Positions 37,551-49,199 of a stretch of 58,499 bases of DNA are shown in pieces. A program made the translations under genes and the position numbers. Every line of letters begins with the position of its first letter. Position 1 is the first letter of the stretch. Under the pieces are notes generated by a model that searched no databases, was not told where the DNA came from, and worked only from the letters and a program-made list of their open reading frames with translations. Origin of the DNA: Octopus bimaculoides (Eukaryota); the NCBI RefSeq assembly GCF_001194135.2, contig NC_069004.1, positions 21,745,570-21,804,068 on the forward strand, read 5' to 3'.

Positions 37551-37991
37551 TAGGAATGGCTGTGTGGTAGGTAGCTTGCTTACCAACCACATGGTTCCGG
37601 GTTCAGTCCCACTGCGTGACACCTTGGGCAAGTGTCTTCTACTATAGCCTCGGGCCGACCAAAGCCNNNNNNNNNNCTTGGGCAAGTGTCTTCTACTATA
37701 GCCTCGGGCCGACCAAAGCCTTGTGAGTGGATTTGGTAGACGGAAACTGAAAGAAGTCCGTCATATATATGTATATATATGTGTATGTTTGTGTCTGTGT
37801 CCCCCTAACATCGCTTGACAACCGATGCTGGTGTGTTTACGTCCCCGTAACTTAGCGGTTCGGCTAAAGAGACTGATAGAATAAGTACTAGGCTTACAAA
37901 GAATAAGTCCTGGGGTCGATTTTCTTGACTAAAGGCGGTGCTCCAGCATGGCCGCAGTCAAATGACTGAAACAAGTAAAAGAGTAAAAGAA
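37551..37991 (+). mobile_element. Young family A SINE
   Basis: Near-consensus copy containing an assembly-gap duplication. Confidence 0.95.
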
Positions 37992-39288
37992 TAACAAGCA
38001 GTCAGGTTCTACAGTAGTTCAATGTCAATAACCCAATTAGATTTTCTGTAGACAGCTGAAAAAATGATCTTGTAGCACATGTTACAAGATGATTGTTTTG
38101 TCTTGTATGCATCACATATATTAACAGAAACCCAGAAAAATAGCTATTTGTAACTAGAGAAGGAACTGTTAGCTACTGTCTTTGTATGTTTAAATGGTTC
38201 CATTACTATGGAACCATTTAAACACCACATGGTATTGTGTTAAAAGTTTGCCAAAATCAGGAAAAAGACATCCACTATCATCATCTTTTAATATCCATGT
38301 TCTATGCTGGCATGAGTTGGGTGATTTAAGAGAACTCAGTTGGTCCAAGGACTGCATCATGCTCCAGCATCTGTTTGACATTGGTTTCTACTGCTGGATG
38401 TCCTTCCTAATACAACCACTTTACAACATGCATTGTGTGCTTGTTTCATGCCATCAACACCAGTGAGGTTGCCATGCAGCTTGCAAGACTACAAACCCTG
38501 AGGTGGTGAGAAGGAACTTTATGCTAGGAGAAAGGAGTAGAATGGGGTAAAGTATGAGAGAAACGGACCAGAGCAGAACAGGTCTCTTGATGAAGTGGAG
38601 CTACTCAACCATTTATATTTTAGAAGAGAGGTGGGGGCTGAAAAGTGATATAAGTGAAGAAACCACATTGGGAGTTTCATGAGAAGTGACAGAGTCATTA
38701 TCTTTGAAGGTGTGAAACACTGAGCAATATTCACCAATCGTATTTTGTGAGAAGTAAGCTGAGAGGCAAAGGTGTAATATTTTAGCCTAGCATAAATTCA
38801 CAAAGTCAACAAGCAGTTGAAAAATATGCCATTTGTACCATATTCACAACAGATAACACTAAAGAACCAATGTTGCTTCATAAGATACCAAAACATCTCT
38901 GGTCAAATATTAGTGTTGACTTATTTTCAACCAATGGGATGAATATATAGTCAATGTGGACTGTTATTCCAACTCAACAGAAGTCATGCAGTTGAGTGAA
39001 CAGTTTCACGATAATAAACAAACTGAAATCAGTTTTTTGCTAGATATGAATACCAGATATTCTGATTTCAGATGCCTCACAACTAATGTCTACAAAATTC
39101 AAAAGTTTTGCCAAAATGTGGAACTTTCACCGTATTACATACATACAATTGAATGAACTGGCTGAGATTGCAGTGATAAAACCATGACACTGATAAAAAA
39201 AAAAATCTATATGGAGAAAAACAAAGACCCTTACCTGTCACTCCTAAATTTGTGAACTACATCATAAGAAAAGGCTGGTAAATCACAA

Positions 39289-39790
39289 TCTATATACATA
39301 AAACACAGGATGTGTGTTTGTCATGTCGTTAAAACTCAAGATCCACCCAATCGATTTTAATGAAATTTTACACATGCATTACATAAGGTCCATGGAGTGT
39401 CATGAGCCAAAGAAATTTTCAACTTCTTGCCTGATGTGGGCCCAGGGGCAGATAAACCAAACTTTTTAAGCATTCTTGCAGCGTTAAGGCCCGTAACTTG
39501 AGTATCCAGTAGCTTTTCTCCAAATTGGCAACAAACATTAATCAGGCTCCTCGAATTGCTGTTGACTAAAAAAATTTCCAACGCTATGGGCCCACCCCAA
39601 ATGCAGATTAATCATATTTGAATATACTGTACTGGGTTTTATCTTTGTTTTAGGCCATTTTCTGACGATGAAATATTGACACTACTTATGCATTATAAGT
39701 AGCGTATAATATTTTATGAAAACCTTTTTGTCCAATTGACAGAGGAAATGAGAAGAACATTAAAATTTTTGTCAGCGTCCTGTTGATGCT
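39289..39790 (+). mobile_element. Non-autonomous Helitron-like 5' portion
   Basis: A|TCTATATA start; aligns with the reverse complement of 11220-11382. No CTAG end found. Confidence 0.6.
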
Positions 39791-40269
39791 TCATGTTACC
39801 ATCCCACACACCACCAGGCCATGTGCATATGTGTGCAGCTGGGTAAAAGCACAACAAACCCATTCATCCATTCTCCAGAAGTGCCCTGTTGATGTTTCAC
39901 ATTTCCAATCCTACGCAACACAGCATGGCCTGGCAGCATGTCTGCTTTCTATGTCATCCATGTCTGAACTATATAATGCAAAATGTTCATACAAAAAAAC
40001 AAACTACTGTTGTGACTCACAGTCATTTGAGTTTGACCTCTTGACCACTTCCAGAAGCTATGTTCGCTACCTGCAATTAGTCCCCCCCCCCCCCGTGTTC
40101 CCTCACCTGTTTAGTCAGACGAGTAAATACCGGGTGTCCCAGAATGATGACTTCAGTGAAATCAGATACATTTTTTTTTGAAACTCACTTTTATTTATGT
40201 TTATCATGTTCAATATGTGCTAAAAGTGTATAAATTTTGAATTTTGTTTATAATTTTATTTTCATTCCT

Positions 40270-42178
40270 GTTGGTAGGTGGCTCTGAAAGGGGTCTTAGG
40301 AGGAAGTGACTTTGCCTTCCTGAGCTAGTTTTCCACCACATTTCTTAAAAATCATGGTAGAGGCCTTGGTCTCGAGACCACTCATGTCTAGAAACTGAGG
40401 TTGGGGGTAAGCAAAGGCATGCTCCCCGTAGAAAATCCAGTTCCGAGAAAGCCTCATGATAGCAAAGAAGAATGAGCACCATCCAGCCCAAAGGTTGAGG
40501 TGGGCTGCATCTGCCTACCTCAAAAAGGAAGGTACAAACCCTTATTCTGGGTTGCACAGGCTTGACTTGCCTTATGATGGCCAATGGCCTCAGGAGAAGC
40601 TTGGGAAGTTGGAATGTGGGCAGTCTGCATGGAAGGGGAACTGAGGTGTGTGAGGAATTGAGGAAGAGGATGTGTGTTGTGTGCAGGAGGCTAGGTGGAG
40701 GGGCCTGGGTGCAAGATTTGTGGGGTCAAGGGAAGAAGGTACAAGTTGTGGTAGTTAAGAAATAGCAAGGGGACTGAACGTGTGGGAGTTTTGGTGAAGG
40801 AAGAAATCTGTGGAAAGGTGCTGGAGGTCAGGAGAAAGAGTGACACAGTGATGTTAGCATTTGAGGGAGAAGTGGTGAGGGTGATTTGTGGATATGGTCT
40901 GCAAAGTGGAAGAGGGATTGCTGAGAAAGGGCAGTTCTTTGATGGAATGGCAAATGAGTGGGACTTACATAAAGTAGATGAATTGGTTTTGGGCATGGGT
41001 GATTTTAATGGACATGTTGGGAAATGGATCCAGGGCTTTGAGGGGGTGCATGGGGGAAACGGAATTGGGGAGAGAAATTTGGAAGGAAGGATGCTGTTGG
41101 AGTTTCGTGATGAAAGAGTTGTGTGTGGTGAACATGTGGTTTAGAAAAACAGAGAAAAGGAAGGTGACTTTCAGTGCAGGAGGGAATGAGACAGAGATTG
41201 ATTTCATGTTGGTTGGCAGGAAAAACAGAAGACGAGAGATGTGAAGACAATACCAGGGGGAGTTGCAGCACAGGCTGGTGGTTGGTGACTTGGGTAAAAG
41301 GGAAGTTAAAAAGTGTGTGAGAAAGGGAACAGTTGAGAGGAAAAAGGTGTGGAAACTGAAGGAAGAAGAAACAAGAGCAAGATTTGAGGACAGAATTGGC
41401 ACCACATTTGTGGAAGTCTTTTAAAGAAGAGGTAATAAAGGCATATGATGAAGTGTGTTGAAGGATGAAAGGTAGGAGAGATCGAGGAGATATGTGGTGG
41501 TGGAACGAGGAGGTGAGGGATGCGATAGCGAAGAAGAAGGAAGCACAAAGCTTTATGTAATAATAGGACTGAGCAAATGAAAGCCAGGTATAATAACATG
41601 AAGAATCATGCAAAGAGGGTGGTTGTAAGATCTATGAGGAAGGAGGCTAAGGAGAGGTTGAGCAGGCTAGATGAGAACCCAGATAGAGTGTTTAGGTTTA
41701 TTAAATCAATGAAAAATGATGGAAGAGATGTTGAGGGAAGAAGATGCATGAGGCGGGAGTGATGGAAGGTTGAATTTTAGTTAGAAGGACAGGGGAAGAG
41801 TATAGAAGGAGCATATAGAGGGAATTATGAATAGGATCAGAGAGTGGAAGTTGCTGTGGGGAAGGGTCTAGTGGAAAGGGTTAGTCAGGAAGTAGTGGAG
41901 GCAATGAAGGAAATGAAAACAGGAAAGGCAGCTGGTCCATCAGAAATAAGTGTAGAAATGATAACTGCAAGTGGAGAGATAGGGATTGCTGTGATGATTG
42001 AGTTCTGCCAGGGTGTGCTGAATGGAAGAGGAATGCCGGATGATTGGGCACTACGTATGGTGGTACCAATCTTCAAGGGAAATGGGAATGCGATGAGTTG
42101 TGGGGTGTGTAGAGGAGTGAAGTTATTGGAGCATGCAATGAAGATAGTGGAAAAGATACTGGAGAGGAGAGTTCATTA
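40270..42178 (+). mobile_element. RTE-clade LINE, 5' part (APE endonuclease to RT start), frameshifted
   Basis: GSWNVGSL, GMGDFNGHVG, TEIDFMLV, MKTGKAAGPS and VPIFKGNG motifs. Confidence 0.93.
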
Positions 42179-42822
42179 AGGCAGCAAGCTGGCAGAATTG
42201 TTGAGAAGCTGGGCAAAATGCTTAGCAGCATTTCATCCATCTTTACATTCTGGGTTCAAATTCCACCGAGATCAGTTTTGCCTTACATCCTTTTGGGGGT
42301 CACTAAAATAAGTATCAGCTAACTAGTGAAGTTGTATATATTTGATTTATCTCCTCCCTTGAACTGGCTGGCCTTGTGCCAAAATTTGAAACCAAATATT
42401 GTGTTATTTATTATTTTATTTCACTAGTTATATTTCAATAAAATATTCAATGTGAGTCTGCTTTTAGCATTCAGCCAAGGCGACCTGATCAGTAAAACAT
42501 TGCTTCTTCTGTTATTTACATGTCAGCTTAACACAACATAACAAAGGGTTATTGAGAGGAAGGGCATCTGGTAAAACAATGACTCAGTAATGTATTCATC
42601 TAAGCCATGCTGGGATGGAAAAATGGATGTAATAACAATCAAACAAATGACTATACATGTGTGTGTGTGTGTGTAAGGAGAGAAAGAAAGAGACTGCATG
42701 GGTGTGTGGTAAAAAGCTTGCTTCTCAACCACATGGTTCCTAGTTCAGTCCCACTGTATAGCCCCAGGCCAACCAAAGCCTTGTGGGTGCATTTGGTAGA
42801 TGGAAATTGAAAGAAGCCCTTC

Positions 42823-42863
<41 letters not shown>

Positions 42864-42865
<2 letters not shown>

Positions 42866-43775
42866 GTACTGATCTGTGATAGAAAATTCAACAAAAAAAG
42901 TACACTATCTGGTGAGAGGTAAATATTATTTATTTAAAGGTCACAATACATCTATTAAAGTGCTACTAACAGTTTCATATGTTGAGAAAAGATATTCTTC
43001 AGGTACAAACCACATATAACAAACTAAAGAAATTGAATTATAGAAGAAACACGAAAAAACTAAGAAGGTAGCATGTAGAAAATGATGTATGACTAAATCT
43101 ATGATATGACTAAATCTATGATATGTGAGGCAGAAGTTACTGCAACCCTAAATAATAATACAACTGATAAGAAGACCTATCCTGGATTATGTGAAGGTGA
43201 ATTCAAAAATCACTATGCCAACCACAGAGCCTCCTTCTGACATAAGGACAAAAGTAAAGCTACTAGGTTGAAAGATAATGAAACTCTGCATGTGATTAAA
43301 TGGAAAGTAATTGAGAAATCCATACTTTATGTGAATGGATCAAATAAATGTAGACTTTGGCTGAAAGAATGCAAATCCTGTTCAGATCTAAGATCCCTAA
43401 CTCTCTATTGAACTCCAGGTCTGAAATTTTCAGTAGTTGCATGCATATGTATAAATATATTTTGAAAAATTAGAAAATTCCACCTATTCCTGACTGACTT
43501 GATATCTTTTCTGCCTTATCATTTAAGGTCAAAGGAGGATAGCTCTTTTACCTTTTTACTTTTTATTTTCTAATTTCTAGTCTCTGTTATTCATTCTCCA
43601 TTGTTTACTGTCTGCATTTTCTACATGCTGCCTTCTCAGTTTTTCGTGTTTCTTCTATCATTCAATTTCTTTAGTTTGTTATGATATGTGGTTTGTGCCT
43701 GAAGAATATGTTTGAGTTTTCTCTACATATGAAACTATTAGTAGCGCTTTGTGACCTTTAAATAAATAATATATA
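42864..43775 (+). mobile_element. Penelope-like element: GIY-YIG C-terminus with inverted 5' pLTR
   Basis: TYPGLCEGEFKNHYANHRASF...YVNGSNKC...LLNSRSEIFSSCMH. 42864-43085 is an inverted copy of the 3' UTR region starting at ~43615. Confidence 0.9.
43695..43747 (+). ncRNA. Type I hammerhead ribozyme with intact core
   Basis: gtgc CTGAAGA atatgt-ttgagttttctct-acatat GAAAC tatta GTA gcgc. All core nucleotides match consensus and stems I-III pair. Confidence 0.85.
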
Positions 43776-44123
43776 TATGTGAGTGCATGAGTCTTTGTGT
43801 CTATGTTTGTCCCTCCATCACCACTTCACAACTGGTGCTGGTATGTTTACATTTCCATAGCTTAGCAGTTTAACAAAAGAGACAGATACAATAAGTACTA
43901 GGCTAAAGAATTAAGTCCTGGGGTTGATTTGTTCAACTAAAACCCTTCAAGGAGGTGCCCCACTATGGCCAGAATCAAACGACTGAAACATAAAAAAATA
44001 AATATGTGAAGCATATATTGTGTGTGTATGTGCACACACACACACACACACAGATACACATATATGAATGTGTATAGGCATAATTGATGTATATATGTAT
44101 ACACATCCATATATATTTACATA

Positions 44124-44344
44124 TACGAGGTGCTGAAAAGTTCCTAGCTTTGAGTAAAAGAAAATACAGGAGGATCAGTTAATTGTGATTTTATTCAACA
44201 TATTCCCCTCTCGGATTCACACACTTATTGCAGTGGCCCTTCAGTTTTTCTAAGCTTTGTAAAAGAACACAGAAGATTGTACCTCCAAACTAGGCCTTTT
44301 GTGATACCCTAAAAGCCAGGAACTTTTCAGCAACCTCTCATGTA
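44124..44344. mobile_element. Mariner-type MITE, ~220 bp
   Basis: TIRs gctgaaaagttcct / aggaacttttcagc, TA flanks. Confidence 0.88.
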
Positions 44345-44879
44345 TGTGTGTGTGTGTGATATAATATGTATGTGTGTCATATTCAAAGTGCACCATAAAA
44401 TTCACCCTTATACTATTATACTATTCCTATCTCCTATTTTCTGCTCCATTTACAAGAAGTGTGTAATTGCCAGTGAAATGTTCTACATATCTGCCATTAC
44501 TGAAAGGATAAAAGGGACCTCAGCTGGATTCAGCAAACCAGACTGTATATTATAAACATGCTGAGTCATTCTCAGTCATATTTTACTATTCTTTCAACTA
44601 CTTCTTTCTCTCTTCTGTGGGTGTGATAGTGTATGTGTGACTGTATGTGCGTGTGTGTGTGTGTATTTATGTATGTATGTGTGTTGGTGTGTAATGTATA
44701 TCTATTTGTATGTATTTATGTATGTGTTGATGTGTATGTACATATGTTTGTATGTATCTATGTATCTATGAGTGTGTGTGTGTGTAAGTGTTTGTGTATA
44801 TAAAGTGAGAGAGAAAGCTCTATTTCTTTCTTTCTTAGCATGACCATATGTCATAGACATTAAAGGTAACAAATAAATC

Positions 44880-45290
44880 CATTAATCCCCCTTTTTAATC
44901 AGATTATCAAGCTTCAATATCTTACATCACCTCAACTCCTACTTTTCTTGTTAGAGGAGGATTAGTCTGGAGAAAGAAGATGTGCGCATGGCTTTCACAG
45001 GCCCTCTGGGACTTCTGAAATCTAGACAATGAATGTAGTGAATGTCCTTCTTGAATAGTTACAAACTGACAGCTACAAGATTAAGATAGTTAAGGAGGGA
45101 ATTCCAAAAGGCTGATATTCTAGGTGTAGCAGTTAGTAAGGGGTTTCCTACTTCCTTCTGTCCTTGAGCCCTCATCTCTTTGATCAGGATCTTATTAATG
45201 CTGTTGTGACATGCAGTATGTCTTGAGTATTTTTTAACCTGGTGAAGCCCATCCCTCTCCAGGTCTGACTGCACCCACTTGCTTCCTAAT
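44880..45290 (-). mobile_element. Possible L2/CR1 3' fragment
   Basis: PRISAFWNSL...LFKKDI resembles the WNSLP C-terminal motif. Confidence 0.45.
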
Positions 45291-45990
45291 GGAAATAGGC
45301 AAACAAAAAAGAGAAAGAGTGGGACAGAGAGGATATTCCACTACAGTATAAAACTTGTACTTTACCTATCAATCCTGGAAACTATTATCAACACGATTTG
45401 AACTCAGAGTGCATAGAGTTTGAATGATTACTGCAAAGCAACCTATTTAATACTCTAACGACTCTATCAATTAGTCATCTTCATATATAGCTTAGAGGGA
45501 GAAGACATAATATGGCTCATTAAAGGAGAGCTAAAAATATATTTTATCTTTGTAGCATTTCACATTGTTACACACATGCTAGTCATTGGTGATAACAAGT
45601 CCCTGACAATGCAAATAACCAGCTCATTTCATACTTCAGTTGATATTTTCAGAATTGACAGGACAATTTCTGATGGTCCTACTGCTGTCCATCTTTTTAT
45701 ATTCTTAATGACCCTCCCCACTATATAACAACCAATGCAATGAATGTTCTTGGAAATTTATAAGCTGACCACCACAAAATTAAGACAATCAAGGAGGGAA
45801 ATCCAAAGGTTTGATGTTCTGGAGAGGAAGGATTGGGAGTAGTTGTTAGTATGGCAGTTGTTCTGTTGGATTCACATGGCAATAGCCATCTTTTGCTAAT
45901 ACGTTTCGCATTCAGTAACCATTTGTTGTATCATTCCTTTGCCTCTTTCTTTTCAGCATCAGCAAGGACAAGCGCACCGTCATCATATCC

Positions 45991-46399
45991 CTCTTTTATC
46001 TTATACTTGTTTTAGTCATTGGACTGCAACCATGCTGGGGTACCTCCTTGAAGAACTCTTAGTCAAATGTATTGACCTTAGTACTTATTTTTTAAAGCCT
46101 GGTACTTTTTCTATCAGTCTCTTTTGCCAAACCACTAAGTTACACAGATGTAAACACACCAGCACCAGTTGTCAAGTGAGGTGGAGGGAAAACACAGACA
46201 CAAAGACACACACACATAGATATATATATATATATACATATATACAACAGGTTTCTTTCAGTTTCCAACTACCAAATCCATTCATAAGGCTTTGGTTGGC
46301 CTGAGGTAATAGTAGAAGACATATGCCCAAAGTGCCACACAATGGACTAAACCCAGAACCATGTGCTTGAGAAGTAAACTTCATACCACACAGCCATGC
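45991..46399 (-). mobile_element. tRNA-derived SINE, family A
   Basis: Full-length copy. Confidence 0.9.
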
Positions 46400-47399
46400 T
46401 TTACACAGATACATTCACATTGTTTTGCTCCTGTTGGTCAGCTATCATAGTTGGAACCAATCGATGAAGTTGATACAGGATTGAAAGGTTGAATTTTAGA
46501 TCAAAGAATGAAAAAGAAGCTGCACTGATAGATTGCTTTTTAGTTCAAAACATTTCACACCTCTGATCTTCACAGTGTAGATTTTTGGTAAAATTCTTGC
46601 TTTCAGCTTTGATAGATACATCTGATTCTTTCTACATACTTCACATTGTTCCTTATATAATAATATAAGCTAGCTTTTTAACTATATAATAAATATTAGT
46701 TTCAAATTTTAGCTCAAGGCCAGCAATTTTGTGTTATGGAGTAAATCAATTATATTGATTCCAATGTCTAACTGGTACTTATTTTATTAACTACAAAAGA
46801 GATGAAAGGCATTTGACCTAGGTGGAATTTGAACTCAGAACATAAAAACAAACAAAATGCCACTAAACAGTTTGCTTGGCAAACCACATAATAAATATTA
46901 CTTTCCCCCACAACACATTGCTAACACTTCTCTCTCCCTCTTTTTTTCTCCCTCTTTTTTTCTCCCTCTTTTTTTCTCTCCCCTCAACTTATCATGTGAC
47001 AGCACAACGCATTTTGGCCCTTGCATATTAACATACAGATGAGAATGAAATGAATACTGAAACAAAATGTTATGTCTTACTTCACAATCCATTCATATCC
47101 CTGGTAACAAATTCTTCCTCAGGACCATTTTAATGTCTCTTCTTTCCCTATGCACCTCTTTTACTTCAAAGTACTCAAGGAGTAGCTTGCTTGTTGACTC
47201 TGTGTGTGTGTGTGTGTGTGTTGTGGGAATTGGAAGGTTTAGCTCCTCAATATTCCACAATAAATCTTTAATTTACAAACATACTATGTTGTCTCTTAGT
47301 TTGCAGTTATAATGCATAGTAACATCGTACACTAATTATTTTTACGCACACACACAGATTTGGTATAACAAACAAAATAGAAATAGAACTCATCAATGT

Positions 47400-47810
47400 A
47401 CATGAAGATAGTGAAGGATTTGTATGCGTCTCTTCCCAGGTGCATGGAAGTAATTATTCAAGCTAAGGGAAGCCACATGAAATATGAACAATGTACAGTA
47501 ACTTCTTGAAATGAATATGTAATAAATTTTCATTATAGACATTTTTCTGTTTTAAAACAATGTATCTTGACTGGTTTATGTGAGGTGGCTGAAAACTTTT
47601 GCGCAACCATTTTTGGTGATCATTTCATATCTTCCACTCTCATTCAGAATCCCTACTACAAAATATAATGATTAGGTATGGAAATGGCTCCAAAAGGGAC
47701 AATGTTTCATCTGTAAAAAAGGTAGTGTGAAACATCCACTTATAAGTTGGCAATTAGTAGAAATTTACAATAGTTTAAAGTGGCCAAAGACTTTTGCATG
47801 GTACAGAGTA
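47400..47810 (+). mobile_element. Tc1-like remnant
   Basis: PRCMEVIIQAKGSHMKY resembles the Tc1 C-terminus. Terminal-like gtggccaaagacttttgca. Confidence 0.5.
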
Positions 47811-47812
47811 TA

Positions 47813-47845
<33 letters not shown>

Positions 47846-48039
47846 ACGTATGTAGGTAGATAGGTAGGCAGGCAGGCAGGCAGGCAATCCACATTTATTT
47901 ATTTATGTGTTCACAAGTATGTATGGTCATTAGAAAATATGTATATGTAATTGTATTTCCAGTGAATATGTTCATATGTGCAAAAGGAAACTTAGGCAAA
48001 CATGTTCATATAAACTTGTTCATGATGACTCTTCGGCTC

Positions 48040-48730
48040 ATTCATGTAATGCTCAGGATTCTGTAAGCCTTATTCTACAACCAGCAACCTTGAACTACCA
48101 ACCTCCACTGGCAAACACTTCATTCTTCATCTATTCTTATGGCAGTCCTCCACCAACTCTCTCTTAGCTCTCCTCCTTTCTTGTCCCTCCTCCATACTCT
48201 CCTCCCAGTGTACAGTTATTTTCAATAGGATTAGCTTTTTTGTTGTTTCTGAATCCAAGTTGGTATCTGGTTTGAACAAGAGGTGGGTGATACATGATGG
48301 AAATTTCAGCTGCTTCACCAGGTCAACTTTCATTACCTAGACCTGTACAGTGCATATAAATCCTCAGAGCTGAATGTGGGTCTTTTTCTTCAGCCTCTCT
48401 CCCTACTTAACAATAGTTATCTTCCCAGATGTAATACTGGCATTTCTGTTTTTACTGATCCCCTTGCCGATTGCCTCTGCAACAGTCTTGAGAACCCAAT
48501 CATGTCTTCAGCAATAGCATCCCTCACTCAGTACCTTGTAACAGTTGCCAAGGATGTACTTGAAGGCTCCTGTCTTAAAACACAGAGCGTATGCAAGAGT
48601 TTCCACTAAGCTCCATGTAAATAAGATAGATGGGCTGGGCAGAGCATAGAGTCCCATGAATGAAGAACTTGATCCTCTTCAGGTTCCAGTTTTAGATGAC
48701 ATCACACTCCATCACCTGCTCCCATTTCAT
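48040..48730 (-). mobile_element. HERO-like non-LTR retrotransposon 3' fragment (restriction-like endonuclease)
   Basis: DLVKQLKFPSCI...KPD...LILLKITVHWEESMEEGQERRRAK matches the PD..(D/E)xTVPWE RLE signature. Confidence 0.8.
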
Positions 48731-48910
48731 CTGGCACCCTGTTTCCACAGTTTCACCACTCTGCTTGCCTATCTTACTCCACAGATACTCATACTCCCCA
48801 CCCCTACCCCACCCCATGCCAGCTTCCTCCTCTCCTTCATGCTAGCCATGTCATATTGAATTTCAGATTTGCACCTGCCCTGTACTACACTCCCAAGAAG
48901 TTACAATTAA

Positions 48911-49133
48911 CCCTTTAGCATTTCAACTAGCCATATCCTCACCAAATATCCTACCTTTTTTTTAATGTTCATAATGACTAAATCTAGCCTCTTGCACCTA
49001 CAGTTCAATGTCATTCAAAAACAAAAAAATTGCATCATCAAAATCTTGAAGCTATGAGATAAAGCATGATTAATTTAGAACCATGTAAATAAATAAGCTT
49101 TACGTTTGATAGAGTAATCTCAATGTTAAAGGG
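48911..49133. mobile_element. piggyBac-type MITE
   Basis: TTAA|CCCTTTAGCATT ... AATGTTAAAGGG|TTAA. Confidence 0.9.
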
Positions 49134-49199
49134 TTAAATCCTTAGTAAACATATTATATCTTCACTGTTAAGCATGTCACATTTTACAATAAACACTGT

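Larger units (their letters stand above)
35640..39290 (+). mobile_element. Decayed Gypsy/Ty3 pol (protease-RT-RNaseH-integrase) with nested insertions
   Basis: KVRICI, VIVDDILV, LEKELLA and KEPMLLHKIP...WSNISVDLF motifs in Gypsy order. Interrupted by RTE-X, SINE B, SINE A and family C pieces. Confidence 0.85.
42693..44000 (+). mobile_element. Family A SINE split by a Penelope insertion
   Basis: 5' half at 42693-42825 and 3' half at 43776-44000. Confidence 0.85.

Noticed and set aside
37623-37720. 44-bp duplication inside a SINE
   Set aside because: Also flanks a 10-N gap; artefact.
40270-40590. Search for an HDV-like or twister ribozyme in the RTE 5' UTR
   Set aside because: Hairpins exist (tggtctcgagacca; gggg..agca/tgct..cccc) but I could not fit a nested double pseudoknot by eye. 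A covariance-model scan is needed.
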